From Eledone cirrhosa (Eukaryota), in NCBI GenBank assembly GCA_964016885.1, contig OZ024740.1, positions 287,060,001-287,124,000 of the forward strand: a stretch of 64,000 bases of DNA. Reading direction: 5' to 3'. Positions 26,553-39,161 of this stretch are shown here, piece after piece. Below the pieces are notes generated by a model. That model searched no databases. It saw only the letters and a list, made by a program, of their open reading frames with translations, and had not been told where the DNA came from. Within the stretch, counting starts at the first letter, position 1; each line of letters starts with the position of its first letter. The position numbers were made by a program, and so were the translations under genes.

Positions 26553-27378
26553 AAAAAAGCTACAACACTAAACATTTTTAAATAATTTTCTCTGATAAAG
26601 CAAATATGTCCACTTTTATGACACTATATTTAATACATTGTGTATTAAATTCATGACACATGACACATGTTTTGTATATACATAGAGCTTGAAATTGGAA
26701 GTCATGATAAAATTATGCCTGCCTAACACTAAAATATTTGCCATTTACTGAAATTATACTGCAATAAATTATCATTTATATAATGAATTGGAAATTAATT
26801 ACTTTTTATATTTAATAACTAATTTTTGTAGCTTTATTCTGGATAGGTACCTACATAGACGACACATCCCTGTTACTATATTTATATACAAGTGATCAAA
26901 CGAATTTCATGTGTAAAAATAAGAAGTGCTCAGTATAATGAATAATGGGGTTACATTTTTCCTTCTTTTACTATTTATTTGTATCAAGGTTCATAGATCT
27001 ATTCAGCCATTTATCTAATTTTGTTTCTTTCTGGCTAAACTTCTAAAGTCCTGTCTTTTATACCAATTTCCCATCTATTCTTGACTCTAGCTATATCTCC
27101 CATTCGATTTCTTAGTGTTTAGGTAACTAGGTTCTTTTGTACCATATTCCCCAATTATTTGTGTAAGAAGAAATCCCTCTAAAGCAAACAACTTTGCATA
27201 AACTTAAATGTGGTTTCATCTTGAGTTGAATTATATGTATTTTATATTTGTTGAGTGAAAAGGATATGTAACGATGTGTCTGATGATAAGGACCCAGTGC
27301 TATGGACTGAGTGTTTTACTTACTACGGATATAACCTCCCATTATTTTACTATTATTTATAAATATAAATATATAAAT

Positions 27379-27723
27379 GGAGGCACATGGCTTAATGGTT
27401 AGAGCATTGGCCTTGCAATCGAAAGGTTGTGAGTTCAATTCTCAGACCGGGTGATGTGTTGTTTCCTTGAGCAAGACACTTTATTTCACATTGTTCCAGT
27501 TTACTCAGCTGTAGAAATGAGATGATAGGGACTGGGGTCCATATCATTCCACTGCAAAGTGGTCGTGGAGGTGCCACGGCAAAAAAGCACCCAGCACTCA
27601 CTGTAAATGAGGTTGGTGTTAGGAAGGGCATCCAGCTGTAGAAATCAAGCCAGAATCAGTTCCCGTCCCACCCTTGCAAGCAGGGAAAAAGCGGACGTAA
27701 AATGAAATGATGATGAAATGATG
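27379..27723 (+). mobile_element. tRNA-derived SINE family 2 (about 345 bp) with RTE-derived tail
   Basis: A-box tggcttaatgg, B-box gagttcaattc, CORE/V-like ccttgagcaagacactttat..ctcagctgta, tail ttggtgttaggaagggcatccagctgtagaaa..cggacgtaaaatga(tga)n. Confidence 0.88.
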
Positions 27724-27729
27724 AAATGG

Positions 27730-28133
27730 GTTAGTCCAAAAGGACATTGCAGGAGATTGGGTACTGCACCATGATAACGTGCCCACTCACACAGCACTTT
27801 CAATTAGAGAATTTCTGGTGAAGAAAAACATTCCCATTCTTCTATATCTCCCTACAGCCCAGATCAAGCTCTGTGTAATTCCTACCTCTTTCCTAAGCTG
27901 AAATCAAAGTTGAAGGGTCATCATTTTGGGACTGTGGAAAACATACAAAAAATTGTAATCGATAAGCTAAGGACACTCACTTTTGGTGCTGCTACGATCA
28001 ATGGAAAAATGTCAGAACCACAGTGTGACTTCCCAAGAGTTGTATTTTGAAGGAGATAACTTGTGATTTCATATGCGTCTAATATACATTTAAATAAAAC
28101 ATCAGTACCCTTACATTTTGGACAAACTTGCAT
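27730..28133 (+). mobile_element. mariner transposase C-terminal pseudogene with probable right end
   Basis: WVLHHDNVPTHTA...PYSPDQALCNSYLFPKLK..LKGHHF...YFEGD*; these are the DD34D-family HDNAxxH and YSPDLAPxD motifs, decayed. Not in the ORF track. Confidence 0.85.
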
Positions 28134-28396
28134 ATCCAGTTTAGAATAAATACACTGTATTCCTGCATATTGTAAGAAGTGACTAAAAGGGTTCATGTCA
28201 AGGAAAGTTGTCATTATATATATATATAAATTATATAAGACGCATATCAGTTTTAATTGAGGACAAGAAAAAGAAGGCAGTCACTCCCTTAGGAGAGAAA
28301 AGCAGTTGTCTGGAATGTAAAAGATAAAATATTTGAGTCCCATGGGAGGAATTTTTTTTTCTGTCTTCAATTGCTGCTAGTAAACCTCCTCCTCCT

Positions 28397-29068
28397 TCTT
28401 CTTTTTCTTCCTGAGAGGGTCCTGGGGGAAGAGTCCTCAAACACTCTTTCCTGCAGGTCCTGTCAGAAGCAACTGTCTCCAACTGATCCGGCTGGATTCC
28501 CAAGCGAAACCAGCCAAGCTCATGAATGACCATCTTGCTCGGGGTCTAACTCTGGGTCTCCTGCCAGTTGGTTTTTCCCATAAAATCTGTCCTGCAATTC
28601 TTTTCTGAGACATTCTAACCTCATGCTCATAGTATTGGAGCTGTGATCTCTCAATGGAGAAGTAGTGGCTCTACCTGGAGTGACTCTCTCATCTCCGAGC
28701 TAAGCATTCTGTTGAGTAATGTTATTCCAAAGACCCTTCCAAGGAATCCCATTTCGGCTGCTTGTATTCACAATCGTATTCTTTTGGTCATTACCCAACA
28801 TTCATGACCATAGGTAGGGGTTGGCTCAAATACGCTATTGAAGATAGCGAGTTTGGCTTTTACACCTACCTCCCTTCTTCTGATTACTGAATGCTGAAGC
28901 TGGTGCATTACTGCTCCAGCTCCTGCAATTCTTGCAGTTAATTCAGCCTCCTGCCGCCTTCCATCACTTATCAATACTACTGCAAGATACTTGAACTTCT
29001 CCACCGGCTTCAGTGGAACTCTGTCCACATGTAGAGTACACTGTGCAGGCTTCCTTGAGAGGATGATG
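28397..29068 (-). mobile_element. RTE-clade LINE 3' fragment (second family, GAA-like tail)
   Basis: VEKFKYLA, TYGHECW, LQYYEH and RRPR motifs with frameshifts; same family as the copies at 336-595 and 925-1230. Confidence 0.85.
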
Positions 29069-29586
29069 TAGCTATGATGAGGTGAGTAAAGGCTGCTTCT
29101 AAAAAAGTCTAGTCTTCACAGGTTTGAGAAGTACCAGATTGGTGACTGATCCAAATAAGACCACTAAAACTGCAATATGGTGCTAGTAAATGCATATATA
29201 TATATATATATACGTAGGAAAATGGAAAAGCTCGGCATAAGGAAGCTGTTAGAACAGCAAAATGCCGTCGAAATGGCGTTGGGTAAAAAATTACCTTGAA
29301 GGACAGAAATCAGTGGCTCAAAATGAGTTGGCTTGAAGAATTGACTGGAAGGAAGAAATAGCATGGATGAGAGACCACAGACATTTGAATACACTCATCA
29401 GCTGATTTTCCTACGAATTCTAATATACTCGCGTTTCAAAACTTGATATTCGAGTTAATTTTGTTTATATATATATATATGGTAAATTTCTTTAAGTCGT
29501 TTGGAAGCCTCGACGATGCAAATGGGGAAATCTCCAGGTAACAAGATCCGGTGGTGGATCCACAATGCTTCAAGCAAACTTCAATA

Positions 29587-29622
<36 letters not shown>

Positions 29623-30119
29623 CATCATCCTCTAACATTTGTTTTCCCTTCTAATGAGGGTAGGCAGGGTCTTACCGACCAAGTCAGTACTCTAGCTGGG
29701 CTACTGAACGCTCAGCAGGGTTTACACACAGCCAGCACTAGAGGGGTTGTTATGTCTTTGACACAGCTGAAGGGCTCTCCCAATCCTTTGTTTGGTAGGT
29801 TTTCTATGGTTGGGTGCTCTTCCTATCATCAACCACTTTACCATGTGTACTCGGTGCACTTATCATTTAGATCACCAACACTAGGGAGGGTGGATCTTAC
29901 AGACTGAGTCAGTATTCAAGCTGGGCTTTGACACAAATGAGGATCCTCTCAACTCTATTTGGTAAGCTTTCTCTGGCTGGATGTCCTTCCTGTCAGCAAC
30001 CTATAAATCTCATCATATGGTTTTGAAATACTTCAGTTTTTGGAGTTGCTTTTTTTAGATTAGGTTACACAATGTAATCCATGCATACGTGCATAAAGGA
30101 CAATATATGTCTATTGTAA

Positions 30120-30305
30120 CAATTGTTTCTACTTTTGGCACAAGGCCTGCAATTATGCCAGTGTATTACTGGTACTTTATTTTATCGACCCCGTAAGGAT
30201 GAAAGGCAAAGTTAACCTCGGCGGGATTTGAACACAATCCGTAAAGGGACGTAACTGTGCTGCAAAGCATGGCGTCCGACCCTCTACCGATACTGCCAAT
30301 CCACC
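30120..30305 (-). mobile_element. SINE family 1
   Basis: Reverse complement of the consensus; TSD-like atatgtctatt. Confidence 0.88.
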
Positions 30306-33211
30306 AATATGTCTATTATAATAATAATTGATAAAATCATATACTCCAAATACACTCAGGTTTTCTCATCTCTTGAATCTGAAATATTTCTATCTTTATA
30401 AGTATCTATCTAATCTCTTTAGCTCTATCCTACATACCACCCATTGGTTACATCAAAGCAGGTATATCAAACCAGATGTCTGACATATATCATTTTCCAC
30501 TGTCTCTCTCTCTTGAGAAATGTCATTAAATCTTTTAACTTCATATTTTGATGTTGCAGGTTTTTCCTGAATGTTTCACAGTAGAAAACTATTTAACAAA
30601 CAAAAATGTTAAGAAATAGTTCTCTTGGGAAATGGTTAAACCATGTTCAACCCATGTGTGGACAATCTCAGCAAAACACACTCGGTAGTCCAGTGGAGGG
30701 TAATTTCTCCTTACCCCCCTACGGTAACACAACTTCACTTAATCTCTGTACAAAAACAAATAGCCATATAGTGTGTGCACTGCTAGATTCCTGTGCATTT
30801 TGTCGCTGCAAAAATGTTTCCAATGTCAGCTGTGTACCATTGATTTATTTTTGTTTAGCTACTGTAAAACTGCTTCTAGTTGTGTAAAATTTACCATTGG
30901 TTTATTGTGTCGTGTTACTGTAAAGAAAAAAAAAAAATAATAAAAATCTTCTTGTATTAATTATACCTTTGATTTCCCTTGCTGTTGTGTTGCTGTCTTT
31001 TCTGCATGTTTTACTTTATGTTGTATCACATTTGCCTTTTCTTCTCTTTCTTCACATATTTTCTTATCACTTACTATTTTTGTTGTTGTTTTGTCAAAAA
31101 TAATTTTCTCCTTCAGTAATAGATGTGATGCTATATTTTTATGCAGAATATTGTTTATGCATATCATTGCCTTAGTTGATGTTTAAACTTCTTATTTTCT
31201 TGAATTTGTTCTGGTGATAATAGTTGTAATTAATAGCTGTATTTTTACTATTATTTACATATATATTTGATTCTTAATATCATTTCTTTTGTTACTTTTT
31301 ACTTTTCCAAGAACAGAAGCTTGCACAATGGACTGTAAAGTTAATGTGTTGGTATATTTACTGACCACATAATCATAAATTCAAAAATATAACTACAACA
31401 ATCATGTAGCATCCATCCATATATTAAGCTCCTAACTTTCTCTGTTTATCTCAGTTGGCTTGACTGATAACAGGTTACATTCATTCCTACTTTAGTGTTA
31501 AGTGTTTATCTTTATGAAGGACATTCAGCTGTAAAAATAATTATTCCAGCAATATAAAGATATCCAAATTTGTAGGAAGCCATCCAAATTTGCAAGACCC
31601 CTCTCATCCATGCTAGAATGGAAAAATAAGAGTAAAAAATGTTAAAGATATCTAAAAATGAAAAACAAAATATTGCAAAAATCAAAATATAATTTTGTGT
31701 ATTTTGTGATTAAAATGTCCATCCTGTGTGTGTTGTAGTAGAAATTCATTTACTTTATGTGTTTCTTTCTGTTTATTCAAGAAAACTTCCTGCAGGGTTT
31801 CACTTAAAACAAAGATTTTTTTGTTTGTACAATCTGTTCTATGTAAACATTGACTATTGTTCTGAAATTGGACTCTTGTACTTTGGACTACAAAAATATC
31901 CGGAACTCTCAGGAATTCTCTTTTCAAATTTTATACTGCGATTTCCTTGTTTCCTTTCTTTTGTTTCTGTCTTTTTATTGTAATATAAACTAACTGGTTT
32001 AATTTCTTGTTGATAAATGGTTTATTCAGGAATGTCTGGTATTATTTGAATGGAGGTTTTTAAAAGAGACCCCTCAAAGAACTGAAGAAGGGGAAAATGT
32101 TTTTAATGCTAAAAATTCAGCTATCATTGTTTTTATTATGGACTGATGGCAAAATAAGCAGAAATACATGATGAAATTGGGGTGAAAAATGTCTCAGGGG
32201 GATAAGGGGTCAGACTATCAGCTTACTCTTCCAAAGTTATGCCAACTTGGAAAAATTGATAATGGCAATGATAATGTTAAATGGAATGATAATGATGATG
32301 ATGATGATACTTTATCACTAAACCAATCTGATTTGGTGGAGATTGAAACAGGGATTGGAATATTATTATATTTTTATGTCCCTCTGGAACTTATTTTTAA
32401 ATTTAGTCTTTATTGTTTTCTTTTAACTGAGCACCAAAGGGATTCTCACAAGGGAGGAATACAGTCAATTGAATTGACTTCAGTAGGGAGTAACTTGTGT
32501 ACATATTTTACTGACTCCCAGAGAAATTTGAAGCAAAATCGTCTCCCAATGGGGTTTGAACTCAAGAACATCAGAGGGACAGAATTAGTATTGCAAAACA
32601 TTTAATTCAGCTCTACAATTTCTAACAGCTCACTGCCTTATTTTAATGACTCCCAAAGAAATTTAAAACAAAATTGATCCCCTCACTCTCTCTGGTTGGA
32701 TTTGAACTCAGGGAGAGAGACAAACAAAATAGTATAAAGCAATTAGTTCAATACTCTAACATTCTGATCTATTCCCTACCTTATTTTAATCACTCCATAG
32801 AATTTTGAAGCCAAATTGAATCCCCCTCCCTCCCTTGTGGGATTTGAATTCAGAATATCAGAGAAAGACAAATCAAAATTCTATAAATCATTTAGTTCAT
32901 GACACTCAGCAATTCACATACAAGGGATCCTAATTAATGAAGTAACATAATTAATTAATAATGTCTGGAGAATTATTCATATTTAATTCCTAAAAGGAAG
33001 TGAAACTCTTTAAGTTCTATCTACTCCGCACTCCACTATCTTCCCACCCCATTTCTTTCTAATTTAGTTCAGGATGTAATGTTGCAGAATGGCAGCTGTT
33101 TTAATTTGATTTCTTTTTCTGAAGAATGGAATTTTATAAAAATGTTAAATATTCCCACCCATGGGAATTATTATTATGACTTGGGGAATGTTTTTGTAAG
33201 CTACAAGGATT

Positions 33212-33325
<114 letters not shown>

Positions 33326-33719
33326 CTTTGCAACTGACAGAGATGTATGTTTTCAAAAATTCTCAGAAATTTCTGGCTTCGTGCCTATGTTAGAAACAGT
33401 TGTTGTCATTGTTGTTGTCATTAAAAAAATTAGGTTACGGTATCAATAACCATTATCTGAGTCTCTGCTTATAATATATCAATACTTATATTCTTTTTGA
33501 TTTATCAACATATATTTTAAAATCCTTTCTAGCCAACAATATGTCTATTTATCTATCTTTACACCTTTTTCAACATGTATGCAAGCACACATATACCTAT
33601 ATATGTATGTATGAATGTGTGTGTGTGTGGATGTGTGTGTGTATATAAATATGAATGAATGTCGACGTGAATATATAAGAAAGGGAGGAATATATATTTA
33701 CACACACATACACACACAT

Positions 33720-33988
33720 AAATAATTGTTTCTACTTTTGGCACAAGGCCAGCAATTACCCAGTGTATTACTGGTACTTTATTTTATCGACCTAAATAAT
33801 TGTTTCTACTATTGGCACAAGGCCAGGAATTACTCAGTGCATTACTGGTACTTTATTCTATCAACTCCATAAGGATGAAAGGCAAAGTTAACCTCGGCGT
33901 GATTTGAACTCAGAATGGCAAGGGCCGTAACTCTATGCGTCAAAGCATGGCATCTGACCCTCTACCAATACTGCCAATCCACCGCCCT
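33720..33988 (-). mobile_element. SINE family 1 with duplicated 3' part
   Basis: A 3' fragment (33720-33794) next to a full copy. Confidence 0.85.
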
Positions 33989-34303
33989 AAATAATGTGTA
34001 CTCATGTGTTGGATGCTATAAAATAGCTTATAAAATGAGTGAAGACCCTTAAAGACACAAAAAGAATTTGTCATCGGCTACTATGAGGAAACAAACCCCA
34101 TATTTGGTTGCTCTACTAGATATACATATTGTTGGATAGAAAGAAAACAGATATATTAAAATTATATCTGTTAACACATTGTGAGAAGATACTCTAGTAA
34201 TGGTCATTGTTTACACTGGAAAATGTTCAAGCATCTCTAAGACATTTGTGTGTGTTCCTGTGTCTATTTATCCCAAGAATTCCAGTTATATCCAAGAATA
34301 CCC

Positions 34304-34589
34304 TCTCAGACCGGGTGATGTGTTGTGTCCTTGAGGAAGACACTTTATTTCACATTGCTCCAGTTTACTCAGCTGTATAAATGAGATGATAGGGACTGGG
34401 GTCCCTATCATTCCACTGCAAAGTGGTCGTGTAGGTGCCACGGCAAAAAAGCACCCAGCACTCACTGTAAATGAGGTTGGTGTTAGGAAGGGCATCCAGC
34501 TGTAGAAATCAAGCCAGAATCAGTTCCCGTCCCACCCTTGCAATCAAGGAAAAAGCGGACGTAAAAGGAAATGATGATGATGATGATGA
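34304..34589 (+). mobile_element. SINE family 2, 5'-truncated
   Basis: Nearly identical to 27441-27723. Confidence 0.88.
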
Positions 34590-34723
34590 AAGCTATGGTT
34601 TCCAGTCAGTAGTTGTTTTTCCGTATTCATCAACAAATCCCAAGGGCAAATGTTAAAGGTGGCTGGATTGCAATTGAAATGTTCCTGTTTTTCCCATGTC
34701 TGCCTCACTACTTTAAACACAAA

Positions 34724-34804
34724 GCATCATCTATGTGTATGCCCCACTTGGCATCATCTATGTGTATGCCCCACTTGGCATCATCTATGTGTATGCCCCA
34801 CTTG
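34724..34804. repeat. Perfect 27-bp x3 tandem repeat
   Basis: gcatcatctatgtgtatgccccacttg starting at 34724, 34751 and 34778. Confidence 0.97.
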
Positions 34805-35888
34805 GGAAAACAAAGAACATTGTTTCTTAAGAAGCTTTACTATATTGTAAGTAAATTACTTTGTGACGTTAATTCACTACAACAATAATTCCTTGAGTCT
34901 ATACCCCAGGCAATGTCAGGTATTATGGCTAGTGTGTGTGTGTATACTGGTGTGTTATTGTTAATAGCATTTTTTGTAAAAGATATATTTGTATACATGA
35001 ATTTTTAACAATTTGTTAGTTTTATGTATGTATATGTGGAAGTGGAGAGAATGTGTGGGTGTGTTAATGTAAGTGTATATATATATATATATGTGAATAT
35101 ATATATATATATATAAGAGAGTATGTGTCTGGTTTTTGTTAAGTGATTAAAAAAATGAGTACATGTTTGTGTTTTTATAACGCTTTAAAAAAACATGAAT
35201 ATTTAAAACAAATACTTCAGCCAGTAGGCAGAGATAAAATAAATTTTCTTTCAAAACAGAATTTAATGGATTAAAAATATTTAAATGAATTAAAATGAAT
35301 AAATAAATAAAGTTTTTTTTTTCTATTGTTATTTTTCTAAAACTGGTTAAAAACAGAAAAATAATCAGATGAAATGGTCTTTTGTTAGGGATTGATTGAA
35401 AAGGTTTATAAATAGAATTGTGAGAGCTCTGATGGTTTAATGAACAGGTTATGAAACAGCAAACCATGAGGCTTATGGTTTGTATTCTATCATTGGGACT
35501 GTGGTATGTCCATGGACAGCACATTTAATTTTCACAGAAGCCAGTCTATCTAGTTCTATATAGATGTCACACAGGAGCAGAACATCTCATTACTGTAAGC
35601 ATAATCTTCACATTAAAGTTGTCCAATAGTTCATAGGTTTACAATTCTGAGTTCAATTGTTCTAATATACTCTTCCATAGAATCTTTACATGAAGGATGT
35701 TTCTTCACTAGCATCTCATCTACAAACAAAGTTATGAAGAATGTTTCTTCACTAGCATCTCAAAGTTACAATATTCCTCGATTTAATAACATTTCTTGCG
35801 AATTAATTACTGTGTTGTAAGTGTGAGTCTTATTGAGAAGTTAATCTTTTCCTGAACCACAAAGGATATGATAGGAGCTTTGTGTAAT

Positions 35889-36078
35889 ATTGTTTCTACT
35901 TTTGGCACAAGGCCATCAATTACCCCAGTGTATTACTGGTACTTTATTTTATAGAACCCCGTAAGGATGAAAGGCAAAGTTAACCTCAGCAGGATTTGAA
36001 CTCGGATCATAAAGGGCCGTAGCTCTATGCTGCAAAGCATGGTGTCCGACCCTCTAACGATACTGCCAATCCACCGCC
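35889..36078 (-). mobile_element. SINE family 1
   Basis: Reverse complement of the consensus; TSD gagctttgtgtaatattg. Confidence 0.88.
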
Positions 36079-36124
36079 AGAGCTTTGTGTAATATTGCTT
36101 AGGTGTTAGGTGGATTAATTGTCT

Positions 36125-37228
36125 CCTATACAGGATGTTTCTCTATTACAGATAGGTTGTTCTATACAGGGCAATACCCTTGCTCCGTCTCTATCATTGT
36201 TGTGGATTATGTTTTGCGCATGTCTGTGGATAGGATTCAGGATAGGGGATACCAACTACAGCCTAGGAGAAGCTCACGCTACCCAGCAAAATACTTGACT
36301 GACACCGACTTTGCTGACGACATCGCATTGATCAGTCGGTCACTGGAAAATGCTGAGAGTCTTTTGAAGTCATTAGAGCAAGCGTCCAACTGTGTTGGAC
36401 TGTACCTCAACGAATCCAAGACTGAGTATGTGAACAGATGCGCAAACAGCCCAAACTACCCCATCAGAACCCTTAATGGTACCACCCTTAAGCGGGTGGA
36501 AGATTACAAGTATCTTGGCTCATATATCTCCTCCTCCAAAAAAGATTTTCTAACCAGGAAGGGTATGGCATGGTCAACGTGCAATGACATGCACACCATA
36601 TGGACATCTCAACTTACCAACAAGCTAAAACTGGAAATATTCCAAGCAACCATTAAGCCCATATTACTTTATGGATCCGAAACTTGGACACTAACATCAC
36701 AACTTGAGAGGAGATTGGATGGCACATATACCCGCCTCTTAATGAGAGTGCAAAACCTATCCTGGAAACGACATCCCACCTTGTCTAAAATCTATGGCAA
36801 ACTGCCTCGAGCCTCTGCCCTTCTAAAATCCCGGAGAGCTCAATTTGCTGGCCACTGTCACCGTGCCAGCAATGAAATCATACCCGCTCTCTTGCTCTGG
36901 AACCCTGACTCCAACCTGACTAGGAGTAGGAAGCTGTCATTCCCTGACGTTATCTCTAGGGATACGGGAATCAGTAGACAGGACCTGGGGGCAGCGATGG
37001 GGGACAGGGAATTCTGGGGCATGAGAGTGAGATCCATCATCTCGACAGTAGTCGACGAATGATGATGATGATAATGTTCTATACAGGATGCTTCCCTGTT
37101 TCAGATAGGTTGTTCTATACAGGATGCTTCCGTTTCAGATAGGTTGTTCTATACAGGATGCTTCCCTGTTGTAGATAGATTGTTCTATACAGGATGCTTT
37201 GCTTCTCTGTTGCAGATAGGTTGTTCTC
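36125..37228. repeat. About 35-bp minisatellite split by the RTE insertion
   Basis: gttctatacaggatgcttccctgtt(t/g)cagataggtt units at 36125-36170 and 37075-37228. Confidence 0.85.
36171..37074 (+). mobile_element. 5'-truncated RTE-like non-LTR retrotransposon (RT C-terminal half), young insertion
   Basis: QGNTLAP, FADD, DYKYLGS, LLYGSETW and QFAGHC motifs in a long stop-free frame ending 37062; (ATG)n tail; 13-bp TSD tgttctatacagg at 36158-36170 and 37075-37087. Confidence 0.92.
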
Positions 37229-37732
37229 ACTGGAAGAATTGAACTCACATCTGGAAATCAACAAGTCACTTACCAGTTCCACATTGCCTTAGCTGGTTAC
37301 TGTAAGGAGTTATATGTACCACCTGTAGTACCTACTTACAACTAGGTGAACTCTACCTCACTATATGGTACCTATAGCTAGCTGTGATTGCAAAAAGGAT
37401 GACAGGCATAGTTGACCTGGGCGGAATTTGAACTCTGCAAACAGAGATCCAGAACAAATACTACAAAGCATTCTATCTAACGTTCTAACAACTCTGCCAA
37501 TTTGCTGCCACAAATGCAACATACAAACCACTAATTTAAAACTTCCCAACTATAATTATTGTTTTTACAATTTAATGGCAGCCTTTTAACAGTTTTAGTA
37601 TTTGCTGCAGGGCTCATATATATCATCCTTGCTAATATAGCTAAAAATACTACATGGTTAATATACCTTTAAAAATGTAACATCTTTCTTGATACTCTAG
37701 CAACCTCGAAATGAACTAATAGTGTTGTAGAT

Positions 37733-38779
37733 CAGTGCTTCTCAAACTATCTGATGTGGCGAACCGGCATTTTTTTTTTCAATGTGCCACGTACCGCTAA
37801 TATTTCGTAGTAATATTAATTTATACCGGAAACGATATATATAATGAATATAATAATAGTTGACCATTTTTTTTATCTTCTATTTATTTTGTAAACAAAT
37901 AATACAATATCAAAACATGAATAAGTAATAAAAATAATTCCTCAAATGATTCCTTAGCATGGCTTGTGTACCGGTAGCTGATGGCTTGTGTACCGGTAGC
38001 TGATGGCTTGTGTACCGGTAGCTGATGGCTTGTGTACCGGTAATTGATGGCTTGTGTACCGGTAGCTGATGGCTCGTGTACCAGTAGCTGATGGCTTGTG
38101 TACCGGTAGCTGATGGCTTGTGTACCGGTAGCTGATGGCTTGTGTACCGGTAATTGATGGCTTGTGTACCGGTAGCTGATGGCTCGTGTACCGGTAGTTG
38201 ATGGCTCGCGTACCGGTTGTTGATGGCTCGCATACCGGTAGTTGATGGCTCGCGTACCGGTAGCTGATGGCTTGTGTACCCGTAACTGATGGCTTGTGTA
38301 CCCGTAACTGATGGCTTGTGTACCGGTAACTGATGGCTTGTGTACCGGTAACTGATGGCTTGTGTACCAGTAACTGATGGCTTGTGTACCGGTAACTGAT
38401 GGCTTGTGTACCGGTAACTGATGGCTTGTGTACCAGTAGCTGATGGCTTGTGTACCAGTAACTGATGGCTCGTGTACCGGTAGCTGATGGCTTGTGTACC
38501 GGTAGCTGATGGCTCGTGTACCGGTAGCTGATGGCTTGTGTACCAGTAACTGATGGCTCGTGTACCGGTAGCTGATGGCTTGTGTACCAGTAACTGATGG
38601 CTCGTGTACCGGTAACTGATGGCTTGTGTACCGGTAACTGATGGCTTGTGTACCAGTAGCTGATGGCTTGTGTACCAGTAACTGATGGCTCGTGTACCGG
38701 TAGCTGATGGCTTGTGTACCGGTAGCTGATGGCTTGTGTACCGGCACCGGTCCGCGGACCACCACTTTGGGAAGCACTG
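37733..38779. mobile_element. hAT/Charlie-type non-autonomous element carrying a 22-bp minisatellite
   Basis: TIRs cagtgcttctcaaa / tttgggaagcactg; perfect 8-bp TSD ttgtagat (37725-37732 and 38780-38787). Confidence 0.92.
37959..38745. repeat. 22-bp tandem repeat, about 36 copies (consensus ATGGCTTGTGTACCGGTAGCTG)
   Basis: Directly visible; variants gct/act/att, ctt/ctc and ccgg/ccag. The two ORFs with a 22-aa period arise from three units of 22 nt. Confidence 0.97.
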
Positions 38780-38930
38780 TTGTAGATTACATCTTACAAT
38801 CAGAAAACATTGTTTAGGGAAGTTTTCTGCCAAATGTTTGGTTTATTTCACATTTGTTTTAGTGATTTCTACAAGTTTTGTAAAAGGATGAGTGACATGA
38901 TAATAGGGATCATGATATTGACAGTCCTGG

Positions 38931-39152
38931 TTAACCCTTTAGCATTTACATTACTCTATATTTACTATTGTATTTTCATGGTAAACCTCACATAATTATC
39001 TCACATAATATTGACTCTATGAGATTTTGATATTATTTATTTTGAGAACAATACCTTGACATCAGTATGAGTGGCCAGTTACAGCTGGTTTGAACAGAAA
39101 GAGGTGAGAGAATTCTGACCGGATATGGACGGTTTAAATGCTAAAGGGTTCA
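38931..39152 (-). mobile_element. TTAA MITE family A
   Basis: ttaaccctttagcattt ... aaatgctaaagggttca. Confidence 0.85.
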
Positions 39153-39161
39153 TTATTTTTA

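Noticed and set aside
27379-27450. Apparent tRNA genes (A and B boxes) here and in SINE1 heads
   Set aside because: They continue into SINE bodies and tails, occur in many copies with TSDs, and do not form a complete cloverleaf.
29390-29445. Minus-strand GAAAC...CTGATGA as a type II hammerhead
   Set aside because: Stems I and II cannot be formed convincingly.
36103-36170. N-terminus of the 319-aa ORF as a real start
   Set aside because: It is flanking and minisatellite sequence upstream of the TSD-defined 5' truncation point of the LINE.
37884-38833. Two ORFs of about 300 aa with a 22-aa periodicity; CRISPR-like look of the array
   Set aside because: They are translations of a 22-bp tandem repeat lacking minus-strand stops. 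There are no unique spacers and no cas genes, and the array lies inside a hAT MITE.
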